A stretch of DNA of 64,000 nucleotides from Nitrosopumilus sp. (GCA_965207445.1 CBDBLX010000002.1:1975849-2039848); one strand, 5' to 3'; counted from the stretch's first letter, positions 31,268-42,471 are shown. Numbers and translations are program-made. The notes: generated from the sequence alone by a model not told the origin.

Positions 31268-32467
31268 TCAAGTGTTTGGATTTCTTCTTGATTTGATGTA
31301 CTTGTGTGTACCAATACCAACAAGAGTTGGTGCTGCAATGTATATTGCCAAATTAAGAATAATTACAGATATTCCCAATCCCAACACTTGTGCCTCAGAG
31401 CCAGGTTCTGCAAGGGTCATTATAGAGAGCGTTGATATCATCGGAGTTATTGCAGTACGTACTACATCTCTAAACACTGGACTATCTCGCTCAAAGTCTG
31501 CAACTGTAGGTGAGAAACTATAGTACACTTGGTTAAAGCCCGTCATAAATGATGTGCCAGAGCCAGTACTAAGCAGTGTATTATCTCGAACCTCTCTGAG
31601 GAACTGAACCTGTGGTGCTAGTTCTGTACCATATGCTGCAGTTGCAATCAGACAGCCACCACTACTACCAGTATTATCATCAGCCGGCGGTGTTGGTGGA
31701 GGGGCAGGTGTTTCAGGTTCAACTACCTGACATACCCCATTAACCAATTCTGTTCCGGGTCCACATACGGGATCAGTTGTGGGTGGAGGAGTATCATCAA
31801 TGGGAGGTGGAGGAGGAGGGGGTGGTGGAGGAGTGGGTGGTGGGGGTGGTGGGGGTGGTGTATCAACAATATCATCATCAACAGTTGGAGGCGGATCTGT
31901 CTCTAGTGGCGTAGTAGGTGAAGGGTCTGTAGATGGACTTGACCCAACATCTGCATCCTCGTCGGGTGCAGATACTCTATCATCAAATAAATTGGTATTG
32001 GCACCTGTAAAATCAAATTTAGCAACATCACGACTTATGCCACCATAATATGCTACAACGTGATATGCGTCATCAACCTTCCATAAAGGACCACCTGCTT
32101 TAAACGAAAAAGTAAAAGAGCCATCACTACTAGGCATTGCTTGTCCTAGTGCCAGTATAGTCAACACAGCATCAGCAGAATCAGTTGACTCGAGTAAATG
32201 CATAACCTTGAATGTGACAGAATTTTTTAGATCCAAGTCAGCAAAGTTTGGCACAGTGCCAGTCACAGACACAGTCTGACCGTTTGCATACAATGGTCGA
32301 TCAGTCACAAGATCAAAAGAGGCAGTCGGAAGCACTTGACGCTCTAACTTTAGATTTTTATCATCCTCATCATCACCATTTGATTGTGCCAAAGCCTCAG
32401 GTACAACACCAGATGATATCACAATTACAGCAAGAAATGAAAAGGCAATTACATGATTAATTTCCAT
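31268..32467 (-). CDS. CFI-box-CTERM surface protein with poly-Pro linker
   Basis: Signal peptide, CGPGTELVNGVC, GGCLIATAAYGTELAPQVQFLREVRD, C-terminal TM. Confidence 0.9.
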   Translation of the reverse strand: MEINHVIAFSFLAVIVISSGVVPEALAQSNGDDEDDKNLKLERQVLPTASFDLVTDRPLYANGQTVSVTGTVPNFADLDLKNSVTFKVMHLLESTDSADAVLTILALGQAMPSSDGSFTFSFKAGGPLWKVDDAYHVVAYYGGISRDVAKFDFTGANTNLFDDRVSAPDEDADVGSSPSTDPSPTTPLETDPPPTVDDDIVDTPPPPPPPPTPPPPPPPPPPIDDTPPPTTDPVCGPGTELVNGVCQVVEPETPAPPPTPPADDNTGSSGGCLIATAAYGTELAPQVQFLREVRDNTLLSTGSGTSFMTGFNQVYYSFSPTVADFERDSPVFRDVVRTAITPMISTLSIMTLAEPGSEAQVLGLGISVIILNLAIYIAAPTLVGIGTHKYIKSRRNPNT

Positions 32468-32616
32468 AATTATATTTTACCCATATAACCTGTATTTATG
32501 TATTCCATAATAAATACCCCAATACAAGTCGATGTAATTTTACTCAAAATTACACATCATCATACATTTCAGATTCGACGACGAGTAGAGATTCATACAA
32601 AGAGATTCAAGATTTC

Positions 32617-32686
32617 GTGTGAACCAAGATCTGTGCGTGGAAAATGGCGTTTGGTGGATTTTCTAGGCACGGAGCTTGGTTCACAC
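32617..32686. mobile_element. MITE family B (70 bp, 12-bp perfect TIR, 8-bp TSD)
   Basis: GTGTGAACCAAG...CTTGGTTCACAC flanked by AAGATTTC at 32609-32616 and 32687-32694. Confidence 0.85.
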
Positions 32687-32764
32687 AAGATTTCACATGT
32701 TTTTAACATCATACAAGATAGATGTAATCATCAATCAAATCATAGTATACGTTCATCAATCAAA

Positions 32765-35700
32765 TCATAGTATACGTTCATCAATCAAATATTGAATCAA
32801 ATTGACAAGAGCATCATCTGATATGAGTTTGGTAGACCACCATTTTACAACATGGCTCAACCACACAGGCACATCTAATTTAGTATTAGATGCAACATCG
32901 TATGATATGATATCAGACTTTGCCAAATCTCCCAATACGTTTGTAAACATCTCATCAAATGTATCATCAGACCACTCAAACACAGTATGTTTTGGAATTA
33001 CAAGTGGCACCGATTCTACATAAAGTGAAACATTACCTACATGCACATCCTTTTGTGTGACGTTAATGTGGTAGAGGCCCTGTATGTCGTCTCCACCTTG
33101 AAAAGTCAATTTAGAGCCAAACTTCCCATATCCATTTGTTCTCAAATCAAATGTTTGCACATCACCACTAGGCGGCACCAATGCAACAGATACCACATAC
33201 TCAGACACATTAGAGCCAGTATTTCCAGACAGTACTACACCTTGAGTATCACCCACATCTTTTAACAATACATGATTTAGACTCAATGACACATACGGAT
33301 CTTGTGTATGGGCATCATCAACATGTTTGTTTTGTGTATGATCATTGTACATATCACTCTCAATTACATCGGAATGTTGTGTCGTATCATCAATATAATC
33401 AGGCCCAGATATCTCACCAGTATTACCTGCAACAGAAGACTCACTATGCAAGGAGCGCAAAAGACTAAATCTAGTCGGCTCGCCAGTAGAGTCTCGCGCA
33501 TCATAATATATGACATCAATACTGCCACCTGCAGTCGATATCAACTCATAGCCAGACTTGTCACATATCAAAGTCGGCATCTTGAATATTCCCTTAAACA
33601 TACCCGTTGCAGGACCAGTCTCAGTTAAAGTGAACCCGGTTGATGCAAGGCCTCCATACGTGACACCATCTATAACACAACGTTTGTATCGTATGTCCTT
33701 GAATTTTACCTCTAGTAATATACTAGTTGCATCACCCACAGTATCTACACTTGATAGTCGAGGGTCATCTACAGTATGGTACACCTCAATAGTATCAGCA
33801 GATGTGTTCAAGTCTGGATCAAAAAGTGTGACTGTAATGGGTGTGCCAAATCTTAGCTGTCCAGATGGTGTTGATACAGACACAGTGCCACTATTAGTTG
33901 TAATATCAGTCTCAGGGGAAGAGATAGACTGCGGTATTATAGCACCGACTTTTGCAAGATCATTATATGTAATTGTGATACCGTTTGTATGTATCATTTT
34001 ATCAAGTGTTACAAATTTTACATTATCACTTGTGGCGCGTATCTCACGTATAAAGTCAGGATCATCAATGTTTAGTTGATTGGCAGCTGCGAACTCTAGT
34101 GTTCCCTCAAATATACCTGAGTTGCGTGTAATCTCTTCTAGTTCTAATCGATACATGGCGTTATTTATTATAATATTATTTTTGATGCCAAAAGAAAATA
34201 TATCAATTACAATTGGATTGTATAATTGTGAGTTAGAGTGAGTGAGTGTACGAGACGTATCACTAACAAGGCCATCAGAGCCAAAATCAAACACTGCATA
34301 AACATCCCCCTGCATGTTTGCAATACGATGCACATCATCAGAATTTATCATGATCAAATCTTGTGCAGAATTTAATCGATCAGTAATTTTGATGTGAGGC
34401 GCACCAGAGTGTAAATCTCCAAAATAAAGACTCAAAGAGGCACCAGCAACACCGCCAAACATATCAAGTGAGCGCAAGTCAATATTCATCCAATTCGTTC
34501 CAAATGCAGATTGTGTTTGAGTATCGATCAGTGCACTGTATAGCGTAGTGGCAGAGAACCCCATCTTGATGGCCACCATCTCAGAGGAATTATTAACAGA
34601 CAGTTGCTCACTGCGCGTAATATCTAAATGCAATCTAGATGAAATTGGATCAAATGAATTAACAGATATTGGTACACCATCATCAAATGAACCACTATTA
34701 GGATAAAATACGACATTAGATGAACCAGATAATGTGAGTGGTTCACCTATACGAATTGATGGAATTATAGCATTGCTGTTGTATACATCAAGTGTATCAC
34801 GAGCGTTTGGATTTGTATTTTGGTCATGATCCTGTAATGTGATAGGTATGCGAGTGCCAGAACGCCACCCTGTTGTATCAATCTCAAAGGTAGGCGTAAT
34901 GTTTGGATCAGATAGTGACAGTGATGCAGTATGTGAGCCGGTCAATACAGAAAGAGACCGGTCATTATACGTGATAACAGCAGACGTTCCTCTGGGCGCA
35001 TCAGGTGAAATATAAAGATTTGAGAGATTCGACGAGTCTAAGCTTGTAAACAGTCCAGAATTTGCCCTATTTTCAACTAGCGTCACTATATCAGCATATA
35101 TGGTATCACCACTCTCAAGTGAGTCAATAGGTTGATTTTTGTTCTGTCTAATGTAGAGTACATCACCAAAGTCAACTTGCAAATATCCATTGTCATCAAA
35201 ACCAAGTGAGTCAAGGTGGGGGTACAGATTTGGTATACGATTATCACCACCACTATTAGAGGAGAATGCCTCATAAAAGACCAATGGATTATCATTGGAC
35301 ACACCAAATGTCCAAGCATCTTCATCAGTTGGATCTTGGTTTAACTGTACGTCTTGAATACTCAGTATTACATCTGCATGTGCAGGATATGGCTCGTCCA
35401 TACGGTCAGTAACAAAAAATATCGAATCATTATCACCGTATTTTAAAATGACTTGTTGAGGACTGCCTCCACCGCTCTCATACTGTATCCGGACATTGCC
35501 AGAAAATGAATAGAGTTGCACAATGGGCCAAGCATTCTGATGCAATCCAATACCCCCCACAGTCATGTTTTGATCAGATATAAGAGAAGGTGGTGAGCGC
35601 ACAACATTGTTTATTTTTTTAGACGATACAGACATGTCTCCCTGACATGCAACAAGTGACTCTTTACCATTTGAGAATTCAGTCAATCCACTTTGTCTAG

Positions 35701-36262
35701 GAGTCGATATTGCATCAGAGTCAGAAAACGATGTACCAAATACAGATTCCATAGTTGCAGATGAGCAAAAAACGCCAAAGTCAAGACCTTGTCCAGACAT
35801 ATCACGGTATATATGATCAGCGTTTTGTGCAGCATCTAAGTTTGCAAAATAACCATACCAATACCCATTTTTTGCCAAAGCCATACGCAAGGTAGCACCA
35901 TTAACACTAACATGAGGCTCGCCGCCACCACCACCAGTGTCACTTTTATCAAAATCAGTTATTACAACTTCAATTACCATAGAGCCTGCAAAATAATTAT
36001 CAAATTCTGGATTGTCTGCAGATACCAATAGACGGTTATCTGATGTATCGGCAAAGGCAGGCTCAAATAACAATAATGTAAGAGGCCATACATTATCCAA
36101 AAATATATTCGTATTATTGATTATATGATTATTGTACGGCATGCCATAAATGGTAAAAACTATAACAAAAAGGACAAAAAAACTGATCATAGTATGTATA
36201 TTCATATTTGGTAATGGTATTTCAAGTGCAGATAATATAGTAAGTGCAGACAGTATAGGCAT
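32765..36262 (-). CDS. Large secreted S-layer-like/cell-surface protein
   Basis: VSADNPEFDNYFAGSMVIEVV, QLNQDPTDEDAWTF, DPDLN and ETGPATGMF repeats, C-terminal VPVWLSHVVKWWS..ISDDALVNLIQYLI motif typical of thaumarchaeal exported proteins. Confidence 0.82.
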   Translation of the reverse strand: MPILSALTILSALEIPLPNMNIHTMISFFVLFVIVFTIYGMPYNNHIINNTNIFLDNVWPLTLLLFEPAFADTSDNRLLVSADNPEFDNYFAGSMVIEVVITDFDKSDTGGGGGEPHVSVNGATLRMALAKNGYWYGYFANLDAAQNADHIYRDMSGQGLDFGVFCSSATMESVFGTSFSDSDAISTPRQSGLTEFSNGKESLVACQGDMSVSSKKINNVVRSPPSLISDQNMTVGGIGLHQNAWPIVQLYSFSGNVRIQYESGGGSPQQVILKYGDNDSIFFVTDRMDEPYPAHADVILSIQDVQLNQDPTDEDAWTFGVSNDNPLVFYEAFSSNSGGDNRIPNLYPHLDSLGFDDNGYLQVDFGDVLYIRQNKNQPIDSLESGDTIYADIVTLVENRANSGLFTSLDSSNLSNLYISPDAPRGTSAVITYNDRSLSVLTGSHTASLSLSDPNITPTFEIDTTGWRSGTRIPITLQDHDQNTNPNARDTLDVYNSNAIIPSIRIGEPLTLSGSSNVVFYPNSGSFDDGVPISVNSFDPISSRLHLDITRSEQLSVNNSSEMVAIKMGFSATTLYSALIDTQTQSAFGTNWMNIDLRSLDMFGGVAGASLSLYFGDLHSGAPHIKITDRLNSAQDLIMINSDDVHRIANMQGDVYAVFDFGSDGLVSDTSRTLTHSNSQLYNPIVIDIFSFGIKNNIIINNAMYRLELEEITRNSGIFEGTLEFAAANQLNIDDPDFIREIRATSDNVKFVTLDKMIHTNGITITYNDLAKVGAIIPQSISSPETDITTNSGTVSVSTPSGQLRFGTPITVTLFDPDLNTSADTIEVYHTVDDPRLSSVDTVGDATSILLEVKFKDIRYKRCVIDGVTYGGLASTGFTLTETGPATGMFKGIFKMPTLICDKSGYELISTAGGSIDVIYYDARDSTGEPTRFSLLRSLHSESSVAGNTGEISGPDYIDDTTQHSDVIESDMYNDHTQNKHVDDAHTQDPYVSLSLNHVLLKDVGDTQGVVLSGNTGSNVSEYVVSVALVPPSGDVQTFDLRTNGYGKFGSKLTFQGGDDIQGLYHINVTQKDVHVGNVSLYVESVPLVIPKHTVFEWSDDTFDEMFTNVLGDLAKSDIISYDVASNTKLDVPVWLSHVVKWWSTKLISDDALVNLIQYLIDERIL

Positions 36263-36345
36263 GATTGATAATCATATGAAACATGATAGTAAATAGTCTT
36301 GTAGTTTTAGCAACATGGTTATATTAGATATATCTATCACATATA

Positions 36346-37797
36346 ATGAACAAAGACGGCAATCATGAAGATTCTACACAAAATATGAAAAAATATTCGC
36401 AAAGACACAAAACATTACGATCATCGGATATGGTAATCACCAGAATAAAGAGAACCAAGGTTCTCTACATGTCACTAGGTGCAATATTTTCAGCGTTTGT
36501 AGTAGAGATGACACTAGGTGTGATATCAAACAGTCTTGCTTTGATAACAGATAGTATACACGCCTTGCTTGATTGCCTAGTCACAGCAATACTCTTGATT
36601 GCAGCCAAAATGGCATTAAAGCCACCAGATGCAGAGCACACCTACGGACACGGTAAAATAGAATCATTAGGTGGAATGATTGGAGGCATTGCAATACTTG
36701 TAATTGCATGTTTTTTCATATACGAATCCCTACACAGACTACAAGAACCTCCACCCAGCATAATACCAGGTATGTTAGCTATGGCAGGAGGTGCATATAC
36801 AATATGTGTGGACATATTCAGAATAGTACTGCTCAAAAAAAGTCTCACTGGCGAAAACAAAACTAGTGTTACCATCAAAACCGACATGTATCATGCCATA
36901 ATGGACTTGGGAACTACAGGTATTGCAATAATAGGAATTATGTTTGCATACATGGGTACATATCAAGGTGACCATATAGCAGCTCTAGTTTTAGGAGGGC
37001 TGCTAGTGGCACTAAGTATAAAATTGATACATCGTACGGCACTTGACCTAACAGATGTCATATCACCTGATATGGTATCTGAGGTACATCATATAGTAAA
37101 CTCAACTAGAGGGGTCGTGAGTACAGGTGCGGTGTTGATGCGAAGATCAGGAGACACCATATTTGCAGACATTACCATACTATTGCGCGGGGATGTAAGT
37201 TTTGATAGAGCACATGAGATTAGTGCAGATGTTGAGAGAAATATACTGCAAAAAATCAAGAATGCATCTGTGACGGTTCACTTTGAGCCAGAGTGGCATA
37301 ATGTTCCAGTTGACTCTAAAATATCAGATATTGCAAAGAATATCAAAGGTGTCAAAGGAGTTCACAATGTCAACACGTACAAAAAGGACAGTGACATGTA
37401 CGCAGACTTGCATGTAATGGTGGATAGTGCAACAAACCTGACCACAGCACATAAAATATCAGAGATGGTAGAGACAAAGATCAAAGATGAGATTCCAGAA
37501 ATAATACACACTACAGTGCATTTAGAACCATTTACCACCATACCAAAGAATTTTGATGTAGAGGATGTGCAGGTCAATGAAAAGATAAGAACGATTATCA
37601 GCAAATACCCTCAGGTTTGTACAATAGGAAGGATAATTTCACTAAGTTTTGAGAATGTGTTTAAGATTGACGTTGACTGTTCTTTTGATGGGAACATGTC
37701 AATTGAAGAGGTACACAAACTAGTATCTACTGTTGAGCGAGCAATTGCAAGTGAGATCGATAATGCAATAATTACGATACACCCAGAGCCGATCTAA
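36346..37797 (+). CDS. Cation diffusion facilitator (CDF) transporter with three C-terminal ZT-dimer domains
   Basis: SLALITDSIH, HTYGHGKIE, and repeated AHEIS/HFEP, AHKIS/HLEP, VHKL/HPEP motifs. Confidence 0.93.
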   Translation: MNKDGNHEDSTQNMKKYSQRHKTLRSSDMVITRIKRTKVLYMSLGAIFSAFVVEMTLGVISNSLALITDSIHALLDCLVTAILLIAAKMALKPPDAEHTYGHGKIESLGGMIGGIAILVIACFFIYESLHRLQEPPPSIIPGMLAMAGGAYTICVDIFRIVLLKKSLTGENKTSVTIKTDMYHAIMDLGTTGIAIIGIMFAYMGTYQGDHIAALVLGGLLVALSIKLIHRTALDLTDVISPDMVSEVHHIVNSTRGVVSTGAVLMRRSGDTIFADITILLRGDVSFDRAHEISADVERNILQKIKNASVTVHFEPEWHNVPVDSKISDIAKNIKGVKGVHNVNTYKKDSDMYADLHVMVDSATNLTTAHKISEMVETKIKDEIPEIIHTTVHLEPFTTIPKNFDVEDVQVNEKIRTIISKYPQVCTIGRIISLSFENVFKIDVDCSFDGNMSIEEVHKLVSTVERAIASEIDNAIITIHPEPI

Positions 37798-37834
37798 GGG
37801 ATGTCTTATGATTAATTTTTAGGTATGGGGATTT

Positions 37835-37915
37835 AGTGTAGTTATTCTAGTGTAGAGTTATTCAGTGTAGAGTTATTCAGTGTAGAGTTATTCAGTGTAG
37901 AGTTATTCAGTGTAG
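37835..37915. repeat. Minisatellite (AGTGTAGAGTTATTC) x4 plus imperfect copies
   Basis: 15-bp unit, perfect from 37849 to 37908. Confidence 0.93.
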
Positions 37916-38093
37916 TTTAATACAGCTACTCTCTAATTGCAAAGGGCTTTGAGAAGACAGTAGTCAAGTTACTCTAGTGCAGTTATACCCTAATCATTGA
38001 TCCGAACACCATCAAATTGATTATAAAATTGTCAAAATGTTAATCATGCCAAACAAAACGCACTGTACAATACTTTTTTTGGATGTGCGTCAA

Positions 38094-39470
38094 TCACACA
38101 AGAATACTAGTGATATACATTATCAACATGCCAATTGCAATCCCAATGGCAAATGGTGCACCAAGTAATCCATTTTTATTATCATGTTTTACACGAGTAG
38201 TTGAATCGTTCAAAGTGTCATTGTCGCTTATACCATAGGTTCTAGACGTATCAGGTGTCGTGTCACCATTATCACCATTATCATTACTATGATCATTACG
38301 ATCATCATTACGATCATCATTACTATCACCATTACCATTACTACCATACGCCCTAACAGAATCCATTCCAATCCACCGAATCAAAACCACCATAACCTGA
38401 AATATCGCACCGGCGCCCACACCCAAAAATATTACAGATGCAAATGGTGAAAATGCAAATCCACCAACCCAACCACCAAATATTGCAGGCGCACCGGCCA
38501 CAACACCCAACACACCTAGTTGCCACACAGATACGCGTGCATGAGACAGTGGAGCTGCAATAGCTACACCTTCTGTCACATTATGTATTGCAAACCCTAT
38601 TATCAAAAATGCACCAAACGCAACAGAACCCAACCCCACCGCAGCACCAATTGCAAGACCTTCACCAAAGTTATGCAGTCCAATACCAATAGAGATCATC
38701 ATAGCAATAACAATAGGTCGTGTGAACTTAGATGATCGTACGCTAACGAGTCGCTCACCTGCATAGTACAGCCCCAAAAATGACAACACAACAGAGGTTG
38801 CAAGCAACATTAATCCATTAAAACTGCCTGCCAAATTTTCTTGAGATACATCCACTGCTTCTTCTATAGAATCAAGTGCCAGAAACAACAACAGTCCAAT
38901 AGTCACTGCCAAAAAGAACACATACACACTTTTGCCCATACGACGCATGAATGGCAACCACAACAACCCTATCAAAACAGGTATTACGCCCACATACGAT
39001 CCAATTACAGCAAAAAATCCAATCATATCCCATGACGGCTCCAACGATCGAGCAGCAGCCTCTACCTCGCGCTCAAATCTAGTCCCATCACCAACTGTAA
39101 TACCAATAACATATGGTTCTGCCACATTCCAATCAAATGGTATGCGTACAAGAGCAGTCTCGTATCGCTCAAGATAACCATCAGGCTCAACAGCGGCAGG
39201 ATGAATGCGATCATTTACATCTGCAATTACAACAGAAACAGGAATAGGTCCAGTATTCCGAACAATTGCATTAATCTCAGAGTCAACGAACATTACACGC
39301 TCAATTGTAATTTCGGGTAATGGTACACCCAAATCAAGCATGTCAGAACCAGGTCCAAACACATATGCCACCAATACAATTACAAGAACAAAAGGTATCA
39401 CACCACTTGCTATTGTACGCGCTCGACTCACATTACGTGTTTTATTGTAAATGTTAGATTCATGTGCCAT
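38094..39470 (-). CDS. ZIP-family divalent metal transporter with N-terminal extracellular domain
   Basis: GLHNFGEGLAIG and AIHNVTEG motifs. Overlaps the oxidase stop. Confidence 0.93.
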   Translation of the reverse strand: MAHESNIYNKTRNVSRARTIASGVIPFVLVIVLVAYVFGPGSDMLDLGVPLPEITIERVMFVDSEINAIVRNTGPIPVSVVIADVNDRIHPAAVEPDGYLERYETALVRIPFDWNVAEPYVIGITVGDGTRFEREVEAAARSLEPSWDMIGFFAVIGSYVGVIPVLIGLLWLPFMRRMGKSVYVFFLAVTIGLLLFLALDSIEEAVDVSQENLAGSFNGLMLLATSVVLSFLGLYYAGERLVSVRSSKFTRPIVIAMMISIGIGLHNFGEGLAIGAAVGLGSVAFGAFLIIGFAIHNVTEGVAIAAPLSHARVSVWQLGVLGVVAGAPAIFGGWVGGFAFSPFASVIFLGVGAGAIFQVMVVLIRWIGMDSVRAYGSNGNGDSNDDRNDDRNDHSNDNGDNGDTTPDTSRTYGISDNDTLNDSTTRVKHDNKNGLLGAPFAIGIAIGMLIMYITSILV

Positions 39471-40572
39471 ACATATCAGACTCGCCTAGTTGTGGCAACA
39501 CAGTAGATGAATTGTCCGGTACATCAGAGTCACGTACCAAGAACATCCCAACCCAACCTTTTTCAGAGAACTCTACTTTGTGTGCATGAAACAGAAATTT
39601 ACCAGGGTGATCATATGTAAACTCCATGATACCACGTTCAGTCTGGGATAGTGTAATCATATCAGTATAAAATGAGGGTACTCGATCAGTTCCTGTTGGA
39701 TAATAATAATACAGATTGCCATGTAGATGAAAGTTGTTTATGGGATCAAACTCTACCATATTAACAACATAGATGCGCACCAATTCACCTGTATTGATCT
39801 CTATTGGGTGATGTTGATAATAAAATGGAATAGTATTTGCAGCATAAAAGTTGTTTTCACCATCAAAATCAGTATCAAGTCCATTTAATACCATCACCAT
39901 CTCATCAGCAGGTGCTCTGCCCTCTTTTGGATCCACAATAAACACACCATACAGACCATGTATGATATGCTCCTCAAGTGGCATGATATGACAGTGATAC
40001 GGATGCACACCCACAGGTCCTGCCTCAAATTCATAGACAAACTGGCCGCCGCTGCCACCAACAGGCTCAAACACACCATCCATTATAGCAGGATGTATGC
40101 CATGAAAGTGCATCGTATGAGGCTTTGTTCCATTGTTGATAAATGTAACACGAACAATATCACCCTCAGTCGCTCTAATTGTAGGACCGGGTACTGTCCC
40201 ATTATATGTCCACACATTATAAAACACACCAGGTGCGATCTCTTGTATTTGATCATCGTCTGCAACTATAGTATATTCTCTTATAGTTTGGCCAGTATCA
40301 GATATAGACACATCACCGTACTCAAAGTTTCTCAGATATACATCAGGATCAAATTCTACTTTGGATACTTTGTATACTGGATCAAGTACTTGTCCACTAG
40401 TAGTAATTACTGCGCCAGTATGCGTCAAAAACGTCTTTTGTTCTGACTGTGCATCAGTTGTGCCACCAAACAAATAAGAACCAAATAAGAATACAGTTGC
40501 AACTGAAGAGATCAGAGCCACCAACATTACCATAGATAAATTATTTGTATAATATGACATAATATGACCCAT
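39460..40572 (-). CDS. Two-domain multicopper oxidase
   Basis: HTMHFHG, YHCH, FHLHGN and FHAH copper motifs. Confidence 0.93.
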   Translation of the reverse strand: MGHIMSYYTNNLSMVMLVALISSVATVFLFGSYLFGGTTDAQSEQKTFLTHTGAVITTSGQVLDPVYKVSKVEFDPDVYLRNFEYGDVSISDTGQTIREYTIVADDDQIQEIAPGVFYNVWTYNGTVPGPTIRATEGDIVRVTFINNGTKPHTMHFHGIHPAIMDGVFEPVGGSGGQFVYEFEAGPVGVHPYHCHIMPLEEHIIHGLYGVFIVDPKEGRAPADEMVMVLNGLDTDFDGENNFYAANTIPFYYQHHPIEINTGELVRIYVVNMVEFDPINNFHLHGNLYYYYPTGTDRVPSFYTDMITLSQTERGIMEFTYDHPGKFLFHAHKVEFSEKGWVGMFLVRDSDVPDNSSTVLPQLGESDMYGT

Positions 40573-40590
40573 GTTAATTATAATTTAAAT

Positions 40591-40623
40591 TTAACCAAAG
40601 CTAACTTTTTTAGGTTAAACTAA
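40591..40623. promoter_or_regulatory. Tandem DtxR/MntR-type operator (TTAG-N6-CTAA)
   Basis: TTAGGTTAAACTAA at 40610-40623 and TTAACCAAAGCTAA at 40591-40604, over the oxidase promoter region. Confidence 0.6.
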
Positions 40624-40628
40624 CTTTT

Positions 40629-41189
40629 TTGAGTCATCATAGATTTAATACACAATGCATAGTCATACAATTAATGCGCAAAGTAATGATCGCACTAGCA
40701 AGTTGCGGAGGCGCCATAGCACTAGGACTCGTACTGATGGTACTTGGAACACAAGCAGTGTTAGATGATGTGGTGCAAGCAAGTGACACGATAAGCACAA
40801 GTAAAGATTTGAAGATTGATGTTGTAATGGACCCTATTGGTGACAATGTACCGGTGGGTGTGTTTGCAGTACAGGTATTAGATACGGTAAATACAGATGT
40901 AACTGTACATGTGTTAGATCCGTTTGGCACCACTATTGCTTCTGCTGAAATTACAGAAGGGAATGTAGAAGGAAGATTTGATGTAGATGTTGAAGGAACA
41001 TACACATTGATTATACAAAATAACCAATATGATGTAGTAACTGTGTTTGGTGCAATAGGCCCATTGCCAGACATTGGCTCAAAGGCACTTGCATTTATCC
41101 CGTTTTACATGTTACTTGCCGGAATAATGGGCATGGCAGGACTAGGCATATACGGCATCGTGAGCATGAAAAAGATGAGACGTGATTAA
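40629..41189 (+). CDS. Membrane protein with a soluble beta domain between two TM segments
   Basis: Hydrophobic N- and C-termini. Likely start ATG 40673. Confidence 0.75.
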   Translation: MSHHRFNTQCIVIQLMRKVMIALASCGGAIALGLVLMVLGTQAVLDDVVQASDTISTSKDLKIDVVMDPIGDNVPVGVFAVQVLDTVNTDVTVHVLDPFGTTIASAEITEGNVEGRFDVDVEGTYTLIIQNNQYDVVTVFGAIGPLPDIGSKALAFIPFYMLLAGIMGMAGLGIYGIVSMKKMRRD

Positions 41190-41545
41190 TTCAAATAACT
41201 ATCCATTTTTTCAAGTCCACTTACAGCAGCATCAAAGTTGCCACTATTCTCTATTATCTCCGATAACTTTTCAGAGTTGGCCTCAAGAGTTATGGTTTTG
41301 GAGGATTCATCTATACTTTTGCGTATAAAGTCATGTTCTATGAGATATGAGAGTCTATCAATTACATCAGATTCTGATATTGATGCAGTATTTGCAAGGT
41401 GTGAGCATAGTTTACCACCATCTTCTAGTTCTGCTATGAGAAGTGATGTAGTAGGATCAAACATACATTCAACCACTTTATCTCGGTCATATTCAGCGCT
41501 CATAATAGACAAAACAAATGTTACATTATAATCGTGTCGTATCAA
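41186..41545 (-). CDS. Small winged-helix-like conserved hypothetical protein
   Basis: ECMFDP..LIAELEDG..RLSYLIEH. Likely start ATG 41503. Confidence 0.72.
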   Translation of the reverse strand: MIRHDYNVTFVLSIMSAEYDRDKVVECMFDPTTSLLIAELEDGGKLCSHLANTASISESDVIDRLSYLIEHDFIRKSIDESSKTITLEANSEKLSEIIENSGNFDAAVSGLEKMDSYLN

Positions 41546-41940
41546 GACATATCATATTAGGCACATTATACAAGCATTTGCACAATATCAGAAAAATACT
41601 GAAAAATCAAATAATATGAAATAGCAAACAAAACATGCAGCAGATGTGCAGAGGCGATAAATCAGGTAAGGGTGAGCACTGTTATTGTATAAATATAGAC
41701 AAACAAAGTGGAGTTAAAAAATGCTGCAGGTGCGGCTTGTGGAATATACACAGAAAAGATTGGACGAGTATAGAAGATTATAAATGATTATATTTAGTAC
41801 AAGGCATGAGTATTGTATTTGGTGTTGTTAAAGAGAATATTATAAGATAAAAAATTGGCAATTACTTTGGTTTGGTTGAACCTCTACCAATTATATGAAT
41901 GTATAAAATCAAAAAGACATTAAATTTTTGATAAAATATT

Positions 41941-42459
41941 GTGCAATGTATGGTTTTTATCGGGGATCTGTCGCATTTTAAATACTTGAGTGAAGACAAA
42001 CAAGAATACAGGCACATAGTCCGAATACTAGGAAACGACATACCGGGTGAGAAAAAGGTACTCATAGGATTGACGCAGATCAAAGGTATTGGGTACAACT
42101 TTGCCACTGCGATACTAGATGTGCTAAAGATAAATCATAATCTGAATGTCGGCGATATTACAGATAGTGATGTTCAAAAGATCGAAGAGATGATAACAGA
42201 CCCCATATCAGCAGGTGTGCCACGGTGGTTTCTTAATAGACAAAAAGATATAGAGACAGGACTAGACAAGCATTTACTTACATCAGATATTCCATTTACA
42301 CTACGAAATGACATAGAGCGGGAGAGAGTCACTGCAAGCTGGAGAGGGTACAGACATCTAAGTGGACTCAAAGTTAGAGGACAGAGAACACGAACATCTG
42401 GTAGGAGGGGTGGTGCAGTAGGCGTGGCAAAGGGTGGCGGCGCAGCACCGGCCAAATAG
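41941..42459 (+). CDS. rps13: 30S ribosomal protein S13
   Basis: [28 protein letters not shown]. Likely start TTG 41986. Confidence 0.97.
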   Translation: MQCMVFIGDLSHFKYLSEDKQEYRHIVRILGNDIPGEKKVLIGLTQIKGIGYNFATAILDVLKINHNLNVGDITDSDVQKIEEMITDPISAGVPRWFLNRQKDIETGLDKHLLTSDIPFTLRNDIERERVTASWRGYRHLSGLKVRGQRTRTSGRRGGAVGVAKGGGAAPAK

Positions 42460-42471
42460 GAGTCGATTATA

